64,000 nt of DNA from an uncultured Bacilli bacterium (lineage in GTDB: Bacteria > Bacillota_I > Bacilli_A > RFN20 > CAG-288): the NCBI GenBank assembly GCA_944332485.1, contig CALVKB010000002.1:11044-75043 (forward strand), given 5' to 3'. The number at the start of each line of letters is the position of its first letter. Positions within the stretch are counted from its first letter, which is position 1. The position numbers and the translations under genes are program-made. Shown here piece by piece: positions 27,423 to 37,335 of the stretch. The notes beneath the pieces are model-generated. The model had not been told where the DNA came from. It made no database searches and saw only the letters and a list, made by a program, of their open reading frames with translations.

Positions 27423-29330
27423 TTATTTCGTGTTGAGAATGTTGTTCAAGTCATTTTCTACAGCAGCACTATTAGTTGATTGTTGTGCATTAGCAACACA
27501 ATCAGGATCATCGAACAAATATGAGATGAAATTTCTAGCATTTGATTCAATTTTCGAAGTGTCGGTTTGTTTTTGATTGAACATCGATTCGACAAGCTCT
27601 TCAAGTTTATAATCAATGCCTTTTTCAAATTGCTTCTCATTAACCGGATTCTGTCGGCTACACTTCAAATAAGTGGTTCTAGAAACCGGTATATATTCAA
27701 TCCAACGAACCGGGACTGAGTGAACTTTACCATCTGCTCCAGTCATGGCAACATAATCTATTCTAGGTATTCCATTAAAACCATTTGCTGTGACATTAAC
27801 TAAATCAAAATTATCATTCTTTGATACAAACTCTGTTTTACATATACAATCTGTATAACAACTGCTTGGAGCCAAATAATGTCTGTTGTATTGATTTGCG
27901 ATGAATTCATATTCATAACTATTTAAGTTTTGTTTGTGGTCTTTTGGTTCATACTTTGTAGATGGGAATGTTGTTTGATACAAAGGAACCGATAACAAAG
28001 GTGCTAAATCAAAATAGAAATTCTCAAAATATTTACACATGTAATCAACGAAAAATGTCCTTGCTAAGGCAACTGAGTGTGAAACGAACAACTTTGGATT
28101 ACAGGAATAATCGAAGTTTTGCGAATGCATAGAAGATATATAATTCAATTTGTTTCTCTTCATAAAGATGAAATCATCTCCGAATGGTTCGTGTGTTGTC
28201 AATAGATCAACCATATTCTGTTGTGCGAGTGGTGTGAACATCATTCTAAATTGCAACTCGTTATCACGGTTAGTTGCTCCAAACAAAGCTTCAAAATCTT
28301 CATTTGACATCTTTGTGAAGGACTTTCCTTCTGTAACTGCTTCTCTTGAAAGCTTATCCATCTTCTTGCTTTGTTTGTCGATGAACTTTTCTATCTGTTT
28401 TTCATTTTTTCCTTTAACACCAGAAGCATTTCTATCGAATGTTAAATCAGGAGCTCCTTCATTACCATATACAATGTAGGTTTTGTTGTAAAAATGAGGG
28501 AAAGGTTTAGCTAAAGTAGCAGTTAAAACTTGTGTTCTTGTCTCTGTTCTTGTTCCACCCCTTCCATCACTGACTCTGACTGTGTAGGTGATTGTTAAAT
28601 GACCATAATATGTTCTAAGGATCATCTCCATACATTTTCTTTTTTGTAGAAGGAAAGGATTACCCATCAAATCACCGTAGACTAAATTAACAACCGATTC
28701 TGTTTCATCGTTATTCTCCAGTAATCCATAGCGTTCGTTGAAACAACAAAAATCTTCATATGTAAATTGTGGTTTTAATGTGATAATTGGAGTTGTTAAC
28801 TTAATAAGACGATGGATCATATCCCAGGTGTATAAACTGTTCAATGGTTCCATTTGGTTTAAGCAATTCTGATAGACTTGATTTGTTTTTTGAACCAAAT
28901 TATCATAATTTGATTTCAACTTCTTACTTCTTTTTTTCAATACAGTGAATAGTAGAATCAATATAACTCCACTGCAAATTAAACTAACTATTCCACCTAT
29001 CACACAATTCAAACTTGAATTATCGTTGACTTCCATCTTTTCAGATACTGTTGGGATAAAAGCTACAAGTAAATATATACCAACAGCTATACCAGCTAAC
29101 ATCAACATAGTTAAAAAAATAATCAGAATCTTGTTCCAAAAAACCTTCTTTCTCGCTTTTTCCTTCTCTGAATTCAACTTATCATATTTTTGAACTAAGA
29201 TTTTATTTTCATTTTCATCAACTTTGGATAACTTAAGCAAATTATTGAAAAAATTTAATGCGTTTTCTTTAAATTTATCTTTTAGATGTTTTTCATACAT
29301 CTCTCTTGGTTCGAAAATCATCTGTTCCAT
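27423..29330 (-). CDS. large membrane protein (635 aa): N-terminal coiled region, two-TM hairpin, ~480-aa C-terminal domain of unknown function
   Basis: Two hydrophobic helices (ILIIFLTMLMLAGIAVGIYLLVAFI and CVIGGIVSLICSGVILILLFTVL); no catalytic motif; lies immediately upstream of lemA. Confidence 0.55.
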   Translation of the reverse strand: MEQMIFEPREMYEKHLKDKFKENALNFFNNLLKLSKVDENENKILVQKYDKLNSEKEKARKKVFWNKILIIFLTMLMLAGIAVGIYLLVAFIPTVSEKMEVNDNSSLNCVIGGIVSLICSGVILILLFTVLKKRSKKLKSNYDNLVQKTNQVYQNCLNQMEPLNSLYTWDMIHRLIKLTTPIITLKPQFTYEDFCCFNERYGLLENNDETESVVNLVYGDLMGNPFLLQKRKCMEMILRTYYGHLTITYTVRVSDGRGGTRTETRTQVLTATLAKPFPHFYNKTYIVYGNEGAPDLTFDRNASGVKGKNEKQIEKFIDKQSKKMDKLSREAVTEGKSFTKMSNEDFEALFGATNRDNELQFRMMFTPLAQQNMVDLLTTHEPFGDDFIFMKRNKLNYISSMHSQNFDYSCNPKLFVSHSVALARTFFVDYMCKYFENFYFDLAPLLSVPLYQTTFPSTKYEPKDHKQNLNSYEYEFIANQYNRHYLAPSSCYTDCICKTEFVSKNDNFDLVNVTANGFNGIPRIDYVAMTGADGKVHSVPVRWIEYIPVSRTTYLKCSRQNPVNEKQFEKGIDYKLEELVESMFNQKQTDTSKIESNARNFISYLFDDPDCVANAQQSTNSAAVENDLNNILNTK

Positions 29331-29557
29331 ATTGAATTAATCCTTTATATCTAAATATTATAAAAAAATAAAAATATTCAATTTAACATTTATTAAATCT
29401 TTTAAATATACAATTTTTGCCCAATGTATATATATTCAAAATTAGATCAATTTACAATATTAGCAATTTTAATTTATATATAAAAAATGTTTTGTATAAA
29501 TTACTAATCTAGAAAGTTTTTTATCAATAATTTAAAATAATTCAACAGGTTATTGAT

Positions 29558-30082
29558 ATGAACGAACTTAAATTATTGATATGTAGTGATATTCACGGGA
29601 ATTACGAAAAATTAAAAAAATTGATCAATTGTTACTTCACGAAAGTTAATTTTGATTATTTGATCATTCTTGGTGATTTATATTATTCTGGAGCAAGGAA
29701 TATTCCCCCTCAAAATTACAGTCCAAAACAGTGTGTTGAATTATTAAATTCATTCAGCGACAAAATAATCTGTGTTAAAGGAAATTGTGAAGCTGAGGTC
29801 GATCAAATGGTTTCCAATTTTAAAATTAAACCTTATGTAAAAAGAAAATTTTTAAATAAAGTCTTCTTTTTTGAACATGGACATAAAGAATATTACAAAA
29901 AACAAATTGATAATTTAGATTACATATTTTTCGGTCATTCACATATTAAAAGATTTGAGAAAATTAATAATGCATATATAATCAACCCAGGAAGTGTCGG
30001 ACTACCAAAAGACAATAGTGCATCTTTCTGCGTTGTTAGATTAACAAACGATGATGTTGATATAAAATTAGTTGACTTATAA
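29558..30082 (+). CDS. YfcE/MJ0936-like metallophosphoesterase
   Basis: LLICSDIHGN (DxH), LIILGDLYYSG (GD) and GHSH motifs. Confidence 0.75.
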   Translation: MNELKLLICSDIHGNYEKLKKLINCYFTKVNFDYLIILGDLYYSGARNIPPQNYSPKQCVELLNSFSDKIICVKGNCEAEVDQMVSNFKIKPYVKRKFLNKVFFFEHGHKEYYKKQIDNLDYIFFGHSHIKRFEKINNAYIINPGSVGLPKDNSASFCVVRLTNDDVDIKLVDL

Positions 30083-30084
30083 TT

Positions 30085-30882
30085 ATGGGGAAAGTTTCAA
30101 AAATTAAAACAATCCGCGTCAACGAAGGTCTTTCCAAAAAGGAGATGTCTAAGTTGACAAAGATTCCGTATAAAAGATACAAATTAATAGAAAAAGACCA
30201 ATCTTTAGCAACTAAAGATGAGCTTTTTGTTATCGCACATTACTTGGACATCCCAAAAACTGTTTTTGGTTTGGATATTGACTATCGTCCACGTACGAGA
30301 ATGGATGACTTTATTCCAGATAAAAACCATCAATTTCAGTTTCAAAATCCAACTTTAGATACATACAAAAATTTCGACATAAATGTGCAAATTAAAAACA
30401 CAAATTCCTTTTTCTTAATCAATATTTTGTTCACAATCTTGGATTTACTATTCTCTTTCTTAGTTATTTGGCTATTTTATAATCGATTGACCTACAACAT
30501 TAATTTTTCAAATTTTGATAACTTCTCTTTTATATTCAATCAGTTTATCAACGAGGAAGCTTATTATGTTTTAAGTACTTCTTTTGCTCTGTCTTTGGTA
30601 GTATTTTTCCTATGTTTAGCTGAAACTTTCAACTTTAAAATAAGAACGAACATATTAACAAAAATTTTATCAAACGCTCTTCCATCATTGATGTTTATTT
30701 TTATGTTAGCAAGCGTTCTTGTTTTAATTGAAAAATATAAAAATGAAAGTCTCGATTACTTCGATTACACAGTAATCGTGATAATTTCTGTTGTCATAAT
30801 TCTCCCCTTGTTTGTCACCTATAGAAAAGTGCAATTCTACAAATCAGAGCAAATAATATTCAAAAACAAGCGTTACAATTAA
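30085..30882 (+). CDS. membrane-anchored XRE-type HTH protein
   Basis: N-terminal HTH (GLSKKEMSKLTKIPYKRYKLIEKDQS) followed by ~4 hydrophobic helices. Confidence 0.55.
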   Translation: MGKVSKIKTIRVNEGLSKKEMSKLTKIPYKRYKLIEKDQSLATKDELFVIAHYLDIPKTVFGLDIDYRPRTRMDDFIPDKNHQFQFQNPTLDTYKNFDINVQIKNTNSFFLINILFTILDLLFSFLVIWLFYNRLTYNINFSNFDNFSFIFNQFINEEAYYVLSTSFALSLVVFFLCLAETFNFKIRTNILTKILSNALPSLMFIFMLASVLVLIEKYKNESLDYFDYTVIVIISVVIILPLFVTYRKVQFYKSEQIIFKNKRYN

Positions 30883-32015
30883 TTTACCTTATTATCTTCA
30901 ACGGAATTTTTCGCTTTAAAATTGTTATAAGGTAAAACTCTCATCAAATTTAACATCATAGGAATTTTTTCTAAACTACAAAATTCCTCATGACATCTTC
31001 GTATAAGCTCATTTAAAGTGGAAATATTCTCGTCAAATAAAAAATCATTATTGGCACCATAAACAAAAACATACAATTTATCATGTGAAAAATAAAACAT
31101 GAAAGTTCCCATGATAGATTCACATATAGTATTGATGTTCTCGACAAATTTTTTACTGACAATCAAAGATATATCCTCGCCTTTAGTAACATAGGTGTCA
31201 AAAACATGATAATATTCCGCCATCCTTCTTGGTGACTTTTCTTCAAATGTATCCGGAATTTGCAAATAATCGAAACTCTTCTCTTTTACGATCACTTCAA
31301 AATCCAATTTGAGATTTCCAAAATACTCATAAGTCAATATCACACCTTCGAATTTATCATAGTAATCTTTAACTTTCTTCGAATAACATACAACGTCAGC
31401 ACATTCAAAATTAACATTGTTATGCTTACCGACAATGTAGTCTTCCTGAATGAATTTTTCGATAGTTTTATTCTTGAAAAGATCGAGCTTTTCAATAGGA
31501 TTCTCTTTGTAACCACCTAATGGATCATACTGAACTTCCCCATCAAAAAGGCATCTTAAAACATAATCAGCACAATACAAACGGAATTGTTCAGACTTCA
31601 AGAGTTGATTACCTAACTTTGATCTCTTGCTTTTATAAATTGCATTCAATATTTCAAATGTTATTCCAAAAAAAGCAAATAAACACGTCAAAGTGAGAAA
31701 TACAATAAAATCGATTTTTTTTGTATCGATGGTGTTGTTCTTTTGCAACTGTGACAAAATAGCATAAGTTATGCCTGCAACAACAGCAAATCCGAAAAAC
31801 ACATAAGTTAAATATTTGCAAACATTGCTGAAAGTTTTCAAATTATCAAGTCTCGGTTCTAACTTTCTTGTTTCCATATCGAATGTTTTTTTGAAATAAG
31901 GATCATCGTAAAATTTGTCCACATTGTAATTTGGATTGATGAATGTTTTATCAATAACTTTCATAGAGTAAGTATCCTCGCTTTTTATAATTTTACTAAA
32001 ACAAAAATTTATCAA
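30879..32015 (-). CDS. membrane protein (378 aa) with a two-TM hairpin and C-terminal domain, possibly DUF3137-like
   Basis: TM helices LTYVFFGFAVVAGITYAILS and IDFIVFLTLTCLFAFFGITFEIL; same architecture as the 635-aa protein near lemA. Confidence 0.5.
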   Translation of the reverse strand: MINFCFSKIIKSEDTYSMKVIDKTFINPNYNVDKFYDDPYFKKTFDMETRKLEPRLDNLKTFSNVCKYLTYVFFGFAVVAGITYAILSQLQKNNTIDTKKIDFIVFLTLTCLFAFFGITFEILNAIYKSKRSKLGNQLLKSEQFRLYCADYVLRCLFDGEVQYDPLGGYKENPIEKLDLFKNKTIEKFIQEDYIVGKHNNVNFECADVVCYSKKVKDYYDKFEGVILTYEYFGNLKLDFEVIVKEKSFDYLQIPDTFEEKSPRRMAEYYHVFDTYVTKGEDISLIVSKKFVENINTICESIMGTFMFYFSHDKLYVFVYGANNDFLFDENISTLNELIRRCHEEFCSLEKIPMMLNLMRVLPYNNFKAKNSVEDNKVN

Positions 32016-32074
32016 AAAGAAAAAGCGAGTTAAACTCGCTTTGTATGATATATATATAATAACTAAGCTAAGAA

Positions 32075-33652
32075 TTATTTAACTAATTCAATTGCAGTGA
32101 TATAGAATCTACACTTGCTTGCTTGACCTGCAGCAACAGTGATTGTTTGTGAGGCTTCAGAAAGGTCATATGTTAAAACTGTACTTTCTGTTGTTGTTGC
32201 ATCAGTAGCTTCTAAAATTGTACCATTGACAGAAACCTTAACAGCATCTCCAGTGTTATAACGAATAACAGTTACTTTAACTTGAGTAACAGCTTCACTT
32301 AAGTTAAATGTAACAGTACCTGCTACACTGGAAGAACTGAACTTCAAACCATAACCTGCTTTACCAGCATAAACTTTTAATAATGAAGAAACACTTTTTA
32401 CTAAACCACCGGTATTGGAAATAAGAGTATCAAATGCTGAAAGTGCAATATCGTTTGTTGCATCAGAACCAGTTGTACTAAGTGTTGTCAAATCTAAGGT
32501 AACGCTGGTTTGTTCAACCAGTTGTTCATATGTAACACCTTCACCAACTGTAACTGTGTAAACATCTCTATTCTCACCTGCATCGTTTGCCCATTTAACA
32601 GATAATGTTATTGTAGCAGGAGCTGCTAATTCTTCATAAGTGGCAATCGCAAAGGTGGTTGTTGTACCTTCAGTTGAAGCTGTAACAGTACAATTGTTAT
32701 CAGCAGTTGCAGTAATTTCATCTGTAACTGTTAAATTTGTAGGATTTGTGACAGCAATATTGAAGATAAATTCTCTCTTTTCATTAGCCTTAACTTCACC
32801 ACCAGTAATGGAAATTGTCTTACCTTCTACTGTATGAGTTAATTCACCAGCTAATGTTGATGCAGAAACAGCAGTACCGGAGTAGTTTTGTCTTTCAACA
32901 AGAGTAACTTCAATTTGATCAGGATCATAAACATAGTATTTACTTCCTGTGGTGATGACACCTAATTTGATGGTAACTTTATCACCTTCAACACAGTTTG
33001 TAAATTTGTTGTAGACTGATTCAACAGTTGCACCTCTAGAAAGAATAGCCAAATCTGTTTCGTTATATCTTAAATTAATTGTAATTGAATTTGTTTTATC
33101 ACCAGTAACGCTGACAAATTCAGCATCTGTAACTTTGATACCAAGACCCGCGTTAGCTGCAATAACTTCTGAAGTAAGTGAACTCAATTCAAATGGTGTA
33201 GCTACAACAGTTGCAACTTCCTCAACTTTCATAATATCAACTTCGATAGAACCGTTAATATCTGAAGCATCTTTCTTACCACCATAAATAGAATAAGTTT
33301 TACCAACTTCTACTGTTTCAGTTGTTAATAAATTACAGTTTGTAACACGGTATCCGTAATTACCATCTTGAACATATAAATTGTAGTTTGAACCAGATGA
33401 GAATCTTTCAATTGCAACGACTGTTCCTTGAATGTGTGCTTGACCATCAGCTGCAACAGCTTCCCATTCTGCTCTTCTTTGATCTGGTGTAGCCTCTTCA
33501 GTTGTTGTTGAACTTGTTGTTGATGAATCTGGTACTACTGTAGAAACCGTCGAATCAGATGAAACATCATTAGTTGGATTACATGAAGCAAGACCTGTTG
33601 ATAATAAACCCAATGCAAGTAAGCCTGCTAAGAATTTTTTACCTTTTGCCAT
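32075..33652 (-). CDS. surface lipoprotein (525 aa), Thr/Val/Ala/Gly-rich and compositionally atypical
   Basis: Signal peptide MAKGKKFLAGLLALGLLSTGLASCNPT (lipobox); noticeably higher GC and a different amino-acid composition from its neighbours. Confidence 0.65.
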   Translation of the reverse strand: MAKGKKFLAGLLALGLLSTGLASCNPTNDVSSDSTVSTVVPDSSTTSSTTTEEATPDQRRAEWEAVAADGQAHIQGTVVAIERFSSGSNYNLYVQDGNYGYRVTNCNLLTTETVEVGKTYSIYGGKKDASDINGSIEVDIMKVEEVATVVATPFELSSLTSEVIAANAGLGIKVTDAEFVSVTGDKTNSITINLRYNETDLAILSRGATVESVYNKFTNCVEGDKVTIKLGVITTGSKYYVYDPDQIEVTLVERQNYSGTAVSASTLAGELTHTVEGKTISITGGEVKANEKREFIFNIAVTNPTNLTVTDEITATADNNCTVTASTEGTTTTFAIATYEELAAPATITLSVKWANDAGENRDVYTVTVGEGVTYEQLVEQTSVTLDLTTLSTTGSDATNDIALSAFDTLISNTGGLVKSVSSLLKVYAGKAGYGLKFSSSSVAGTVTFNLSEAVTQVKVTVIRYNTGDAVKVSVNGTILEATDATTTESTVLTYDLSEASQTITVAAGQASKCRFYITAIELVK

Positions 33653-33856
33653 ATTATTTTCGCAGTAGGGAACTGCAATTTCTCCTTGTTGTCTCCCTAT
33701 TTAGTTAGTTCAAAAGAATCTAACATTTATAGTTTAATTCTTTTTTATAGTTTTTTAAACCCTTTCACAAAATAACTTATTCTTTTTATTTTCATTTTCT
33801 TTCAAAATGTAAAAACATAAATAAATAGGAATTTTTTCATATAATTTTAATGTAGT

Positions 33857-34123
33857 ATGAAAAACAAAAAAGACAAAACTTTGAAAGTATTAACAAAAAA
33901 AGGACAGAAGATTTTTCTCATTATTGGGTTATTTTGTTTAAAAATTTTTATCTTCTGTCTTAGTTTTATTTTGATGGTTTTATTTGGAGCCATAGATTTT
34001 TCTTCAACTTTAGGTAATCAACTTGGAATTTATATTCCACTTGGTATATTGATTTTAGATTTCATAGCCTTTATCATTTCAAGTATAGTGATAAAAATAA
34101 AATGCTCTGAAACTATCGACTAA
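33857..34123 (+). CDS. small membrane protein (88 aa), hypothetical
   Basis: Two hydrophobic helices after a Lys-rich N-terminus. Confidence 0.4.
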   Translation: MKNKKDKTLKVLTKKGQKIFLIIGLFCLKIFIFCLSFILMVLFGAIDFSSTLGNQLGIYIPLGILILDFIAFIISSIVIKIKCSETID

Positions 34124-34623
34124 ATCATATTTATTTCCAAATCGGACATCTCGTAAATTTTATTCTGTTTTAATGACTTTTTAACATCGATGAATCTTTG
34201 GTTTGAACTTCCTTTAAAAAGCAAACTAAGATCCATCTTTTCATATATAAATTTTCCATCCACTAAATAATCGATGTAATTTAAAATTTCGTTAAAATTA
34301 CTTTTGACATCTTCAAAATCGTAACCGGTGTACAAAATGATATCCAAATTTGAAAATTTCTCTTTTATCATTTTACAAACAGACAATGCATCTTCGTATT
34401 GATCTAGTGGATCTCCACCAGTTAAAGTTACTCCGTCAATATGTTTGTCTTTTCTAATTAGTTCTTCTATTTTTTCAATGCTGTATTCTTTACCTTTTTC
34501 AAAATCCCAGGAGTTTGGATTATGACATTTGAAACAATGATGTGAACATCCTTGAAAAAAGATCGCTAATCTTATTCCAGGACCATCCACAATACTCTCA
34601 TCTACAATTCCGTATAGTCTCAT
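34120..34623 (-). CDS. nrdG: anaerobic ribonucleoside-triphosphate reductase activating protein (radical SAM)
   Basis: GPGIRLAIFFQGCSHHCFKCHNP (Cx3Cx2C cluster motif); immediately downstream of nrdD. Confidence 0.85.
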   Translation of the reverse strand: MRLYGIVDESIVDGPGIRLAIFFQGCSHHCFKCHNPNSWDFEKGKEYSIEKIEELIRKDKHIDGVTLTGGDPLDQYEDALSVCKMIKEKFSNLDIILYTGYDFEDVKSNFNEILNYIDYLVDGKFIYEKMDLSLLFKGSSNQRFIDVKKSLKQNKIYEMSDLEINMI

Positions 34624-34628
34624 ATTTA

Positions 34629-36971
34629 TTAATCATCAAGATTAATCGTGTGTTTTACCCTTGCTTTCTCCTCAGCTTTTTTAGCGTTGTTAAATCTATC
34701 AAGTGTTCCAACTAAATAACCTGTGATTCTCCTAATTCTTTCAAATTTACTCTGCTCTGTTTCTTTTCTGTGGCATTTTGGACATTCATTGTCGATGATT
34801 CCGTTATAACCACATTCCGGATCTCTATCAACTGGATGGTTGATTGCACCATAACCAACACCAGCATCATGCATATGTCTGACAACTTTCTCATATGCTT
34901 TTATATTTTTAGCTGTATCACCATCCATCTCGATGTATGTGATGTGACCGGCTAATGTGTATTTATGATATTCTGACTCAATATCAATTTTATCGAACAT
35001 TGAAATAGGGTAATAAACAGGAACATGCATTGAATTTGTATAGAATTCCTTGTCAGTAACACCTTCGATAATTCCGTATTTCTTCTTATCAAGTTTGATG
35101 AATCTTCCGGAAAGTCCTTCAGCGGGTGTAGCAATAATTCCAAAGTTGAGATTGTGCTTTTTAGTTTCTTTATCAGCACGATCTTTCATAAATTTAACAA
35201 TCTTCAAACCTAATTCCTGAGCTTCTTTTGATTCACCGTGGTGTTTTCCAATCAAAGCAACCAAAGCTTCAGCTAAACCGATAAAACCATAAGTCAAAGT
35301 ACCATGTTTGATAACTTCTTTAATCTCATCGTCAGCTTTCAATTTATCAGAATCAATCCACACACCATTACCCATCAAAAATGGCATATTTTTAGCTTTT
35401 CTGTGAGCTTGAACATCAAATCTATCCAACAATTGTTTGGTCACCAAAGTCATTGTATCATCGAGCTTTTTGAAGAACAAATCAACATCGTGATGTGATT
35501 CTATGGCTAATCTTGGCAAATTAATCGAAGTAAAAGAGAGATTTCCTCTACCAGAAGTTACTGCTTTATTTGGATCGTAATGGTTTTCAAAAACTCTTGT
35601 ACGGCAACCCATATATGCGACTTCATGTTCATAATCACCATATTTCCACTCTTTTCTTGCGTTGAATGGAGCATCTAAGAATGAGAAGTTAGGGAATAAA
35701 CGTTTGGATGAGCAAACCATCGATTCGATAAGTAAATCGTAGTTTGGATCTTCTTTGTTATAAGAGATTCCTTCTTTCACTTTGAAAATTTGAATTGGGA
35801 AAATAGGTGTTTCACCATCTCCTAAACCAGCTTCTGTAGCTCTTAATAACTGTTTGACAACCAAACGGCCTTCATTTGATGTATCTGTACCATAGTTCAA
35901 AGATGAGAATGGAACTTGAGCACCAGCTCTGGAGTGCATTGTATTCAAATTATGAATCAAAGCTTCCATAGCTTGATATGTTGCATCAACAATATCTTTG
36001 TTTGAATCTTTGATAATAGCCTTTTTACCTTTCTCCCAGGAAATTTCTGGAATTTCTTTTTCGAGTAACTTAAATGTTCTCTCTATAGATTCATCATTCA
36101 AATAACGAGGTTCTTCATCTTTAGATATGAGATCTTTGAAGATCTTTTTAAGTTTCTCTTCATAAGAATTTTCACCATCGGTTTCAAAATCAGCATATTT
36201 TATACAGTTGTTTCTGAATATTTTATTGAATGATTTGATAACACCTGGAGCCATAGCAAAATCGAAGTTTGGAATAGCTTGTCCGCCGTGCATATCATTC
36301 TGATTGGCTTGGATAGCTATACAAGCTAAGGCGGCGTATGTTCTTATATCATTTGGTTCACGGATGAATCCATGACCGGTTGAAAATCCGTTTTTGAACA
36401 ATTTTAAAAGATCGATTTGACAGCATGTCAAAGTCAAGGAATAAAAGTCCAAATCATGAATATGAATATCACCTTCTATATGTGCTTTAGCGATGTCTTT
36501 ATCAATCATATTATTAAGATAGAAATCTTTTGCGGTCTCAGAACCATATTTGAGCATAGTACCCATTGGGGCATCACCATCAACATTCGCATTTTCCCTT
36601 TTATCATCGTTGACTTTACTATCTTGGAATGTGATGTTTTTAATAGAAGTCATCAAACGCGATTTAGCTTCACGAATTTGATTTCTTTGAGCACGATATG
36701 AGATATATTCCCTTGCTGTTTTACTGTAATCTAAATCTATTAAAACTTCCTCAACGATATCCTGAACTTGCTCAACAGTTGGTAAGTTTTCCTTATTATC
36801 ATATTTAGCATTAATTCTTTTTACAACTTCATCGGTTACTTTTCCAATGGAAATGTCCTCCTGTGTAACTTCACAAGCTTTTTCAATGGCGGCCATTATT
36901 TTAGAAGAATCAAATTTGACAATTCTGCCGTCTCTTTTAACAATTTTCTTGATCATTTTAAATACCCTCAC
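34629..36971 (-). CDS. nrdD: anaerobic ribonucleoside-triphosphate reductase (class III)
   Basis: N-terminal ATP-cone (KIVKRDGRIVKFDSSKI), C-terminal Zn ribbon CPKCH and glycyl-radical motif RITGYLVG. Confidence 0.9.
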   Translation of the reverse strand: MRVFKMIKKIVKRDGRIVKFDSSKIMAAIEKACEVTQEDISIGKVTDEVVKRINAKYDNKENLPTVEQVQDIVEEVLIDLDYSKTAREYISYRAQRNQIREAKSRLMTSIKNITFQDSKVNDDKRENANVDGDAPMGTMLKYGSETAKDFYLNNMIDKDIAKAHIEGDIHIHDLDFYSLTLTCCQIDLLKLFKNGFSTGHGFIREPNDIRTYAALACIAIQANQNDMHGGQAIPNFDFAMAPGVIKSFNKIFRNNCIKYADFETDGENSYEEKLKKIFKDLISKDEEPRYLNDESIERTFKLLEKEIPEISWEKGKKAIIKDSNKDIVDATYQAMEALIHNLNTMHSRAGAQVPFSSLNYGTDTSNEGRLVVKQLLRATEAGLGDGETPIFPIQIFKVKEGISYNKEDPNYDLLIESMVCSSKRLFPNFSFLDAPFNARKEWKYGDYEHEVAYMGCRTRVFENHYDPNKAVTSGRGNLSFTSINLPRLAIESHHDVDLFFKKLDDTMTLVTKQLLDRFDVQAHRKAKNMPFLMGNGVWIDSDKLKADDEIKEVIKHGTLTYGFIGLAEALVALIGKHHGESKEAQELGLKIVKFMKDRADKETKKHNLNFGIIATPAEGLSGRFIKLDKKKYGIIEGVTDKEFYTNSMHVPVYYPISMFDKIDIESEYHKYTLAGHITYIEMDGDTAKNIKAYEKVVRHMHDAGVGYGAINHPVDRDPECGYNGIIDNECPKCHRKETEQSKFERIRRITGYLVGTLDRFNNAKKAEEKARVKHTINLDD

Positions 36972-37284
36972 TCTTTAAAATTTTTATTGCTTCTAACTTA
37001 GTTGCAAAAAATTAATGTAAAAAAATTATATTCACTCTACCACTATGTTTCAACAAGAAAACACCTATTAAAAAACAATTAGTAAACGAGTTTAAAGTTG
37101 GTAATTTTTATCTAACTTGTCAAATAAGATTTTTATTTTTTAAAGCTGTAAAAATCTCTGTCAAAATTTTTTTAAAAAATTTTTTAAAAAGGAAATTTGA
37201 AAGCATGAAAATTAAGGTTTAAAAATTAATGTTGTGACAACTTTATAAATTAAACTAAAATTGTTAAAAGTTTTTAATAAAAAT

Positions 37285-37312
37285 AAAAAGCCACTTTTGT
37301 GGCTTTTGTTTT
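37285..37312. terminator. rho-independent terminator (bidirectional hairpin AAGCCAC-TTTT-GTGGCTT flanked by A/T runs)
   Basis: Perfect 7-bp stem with a 4-nt loop and a T-run; sits 25 nt below the SOR-like gene stop. Confidence 0.6.
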
Positions 37313-37335
37313 ACAAATATCAATTTTTTATTTAA

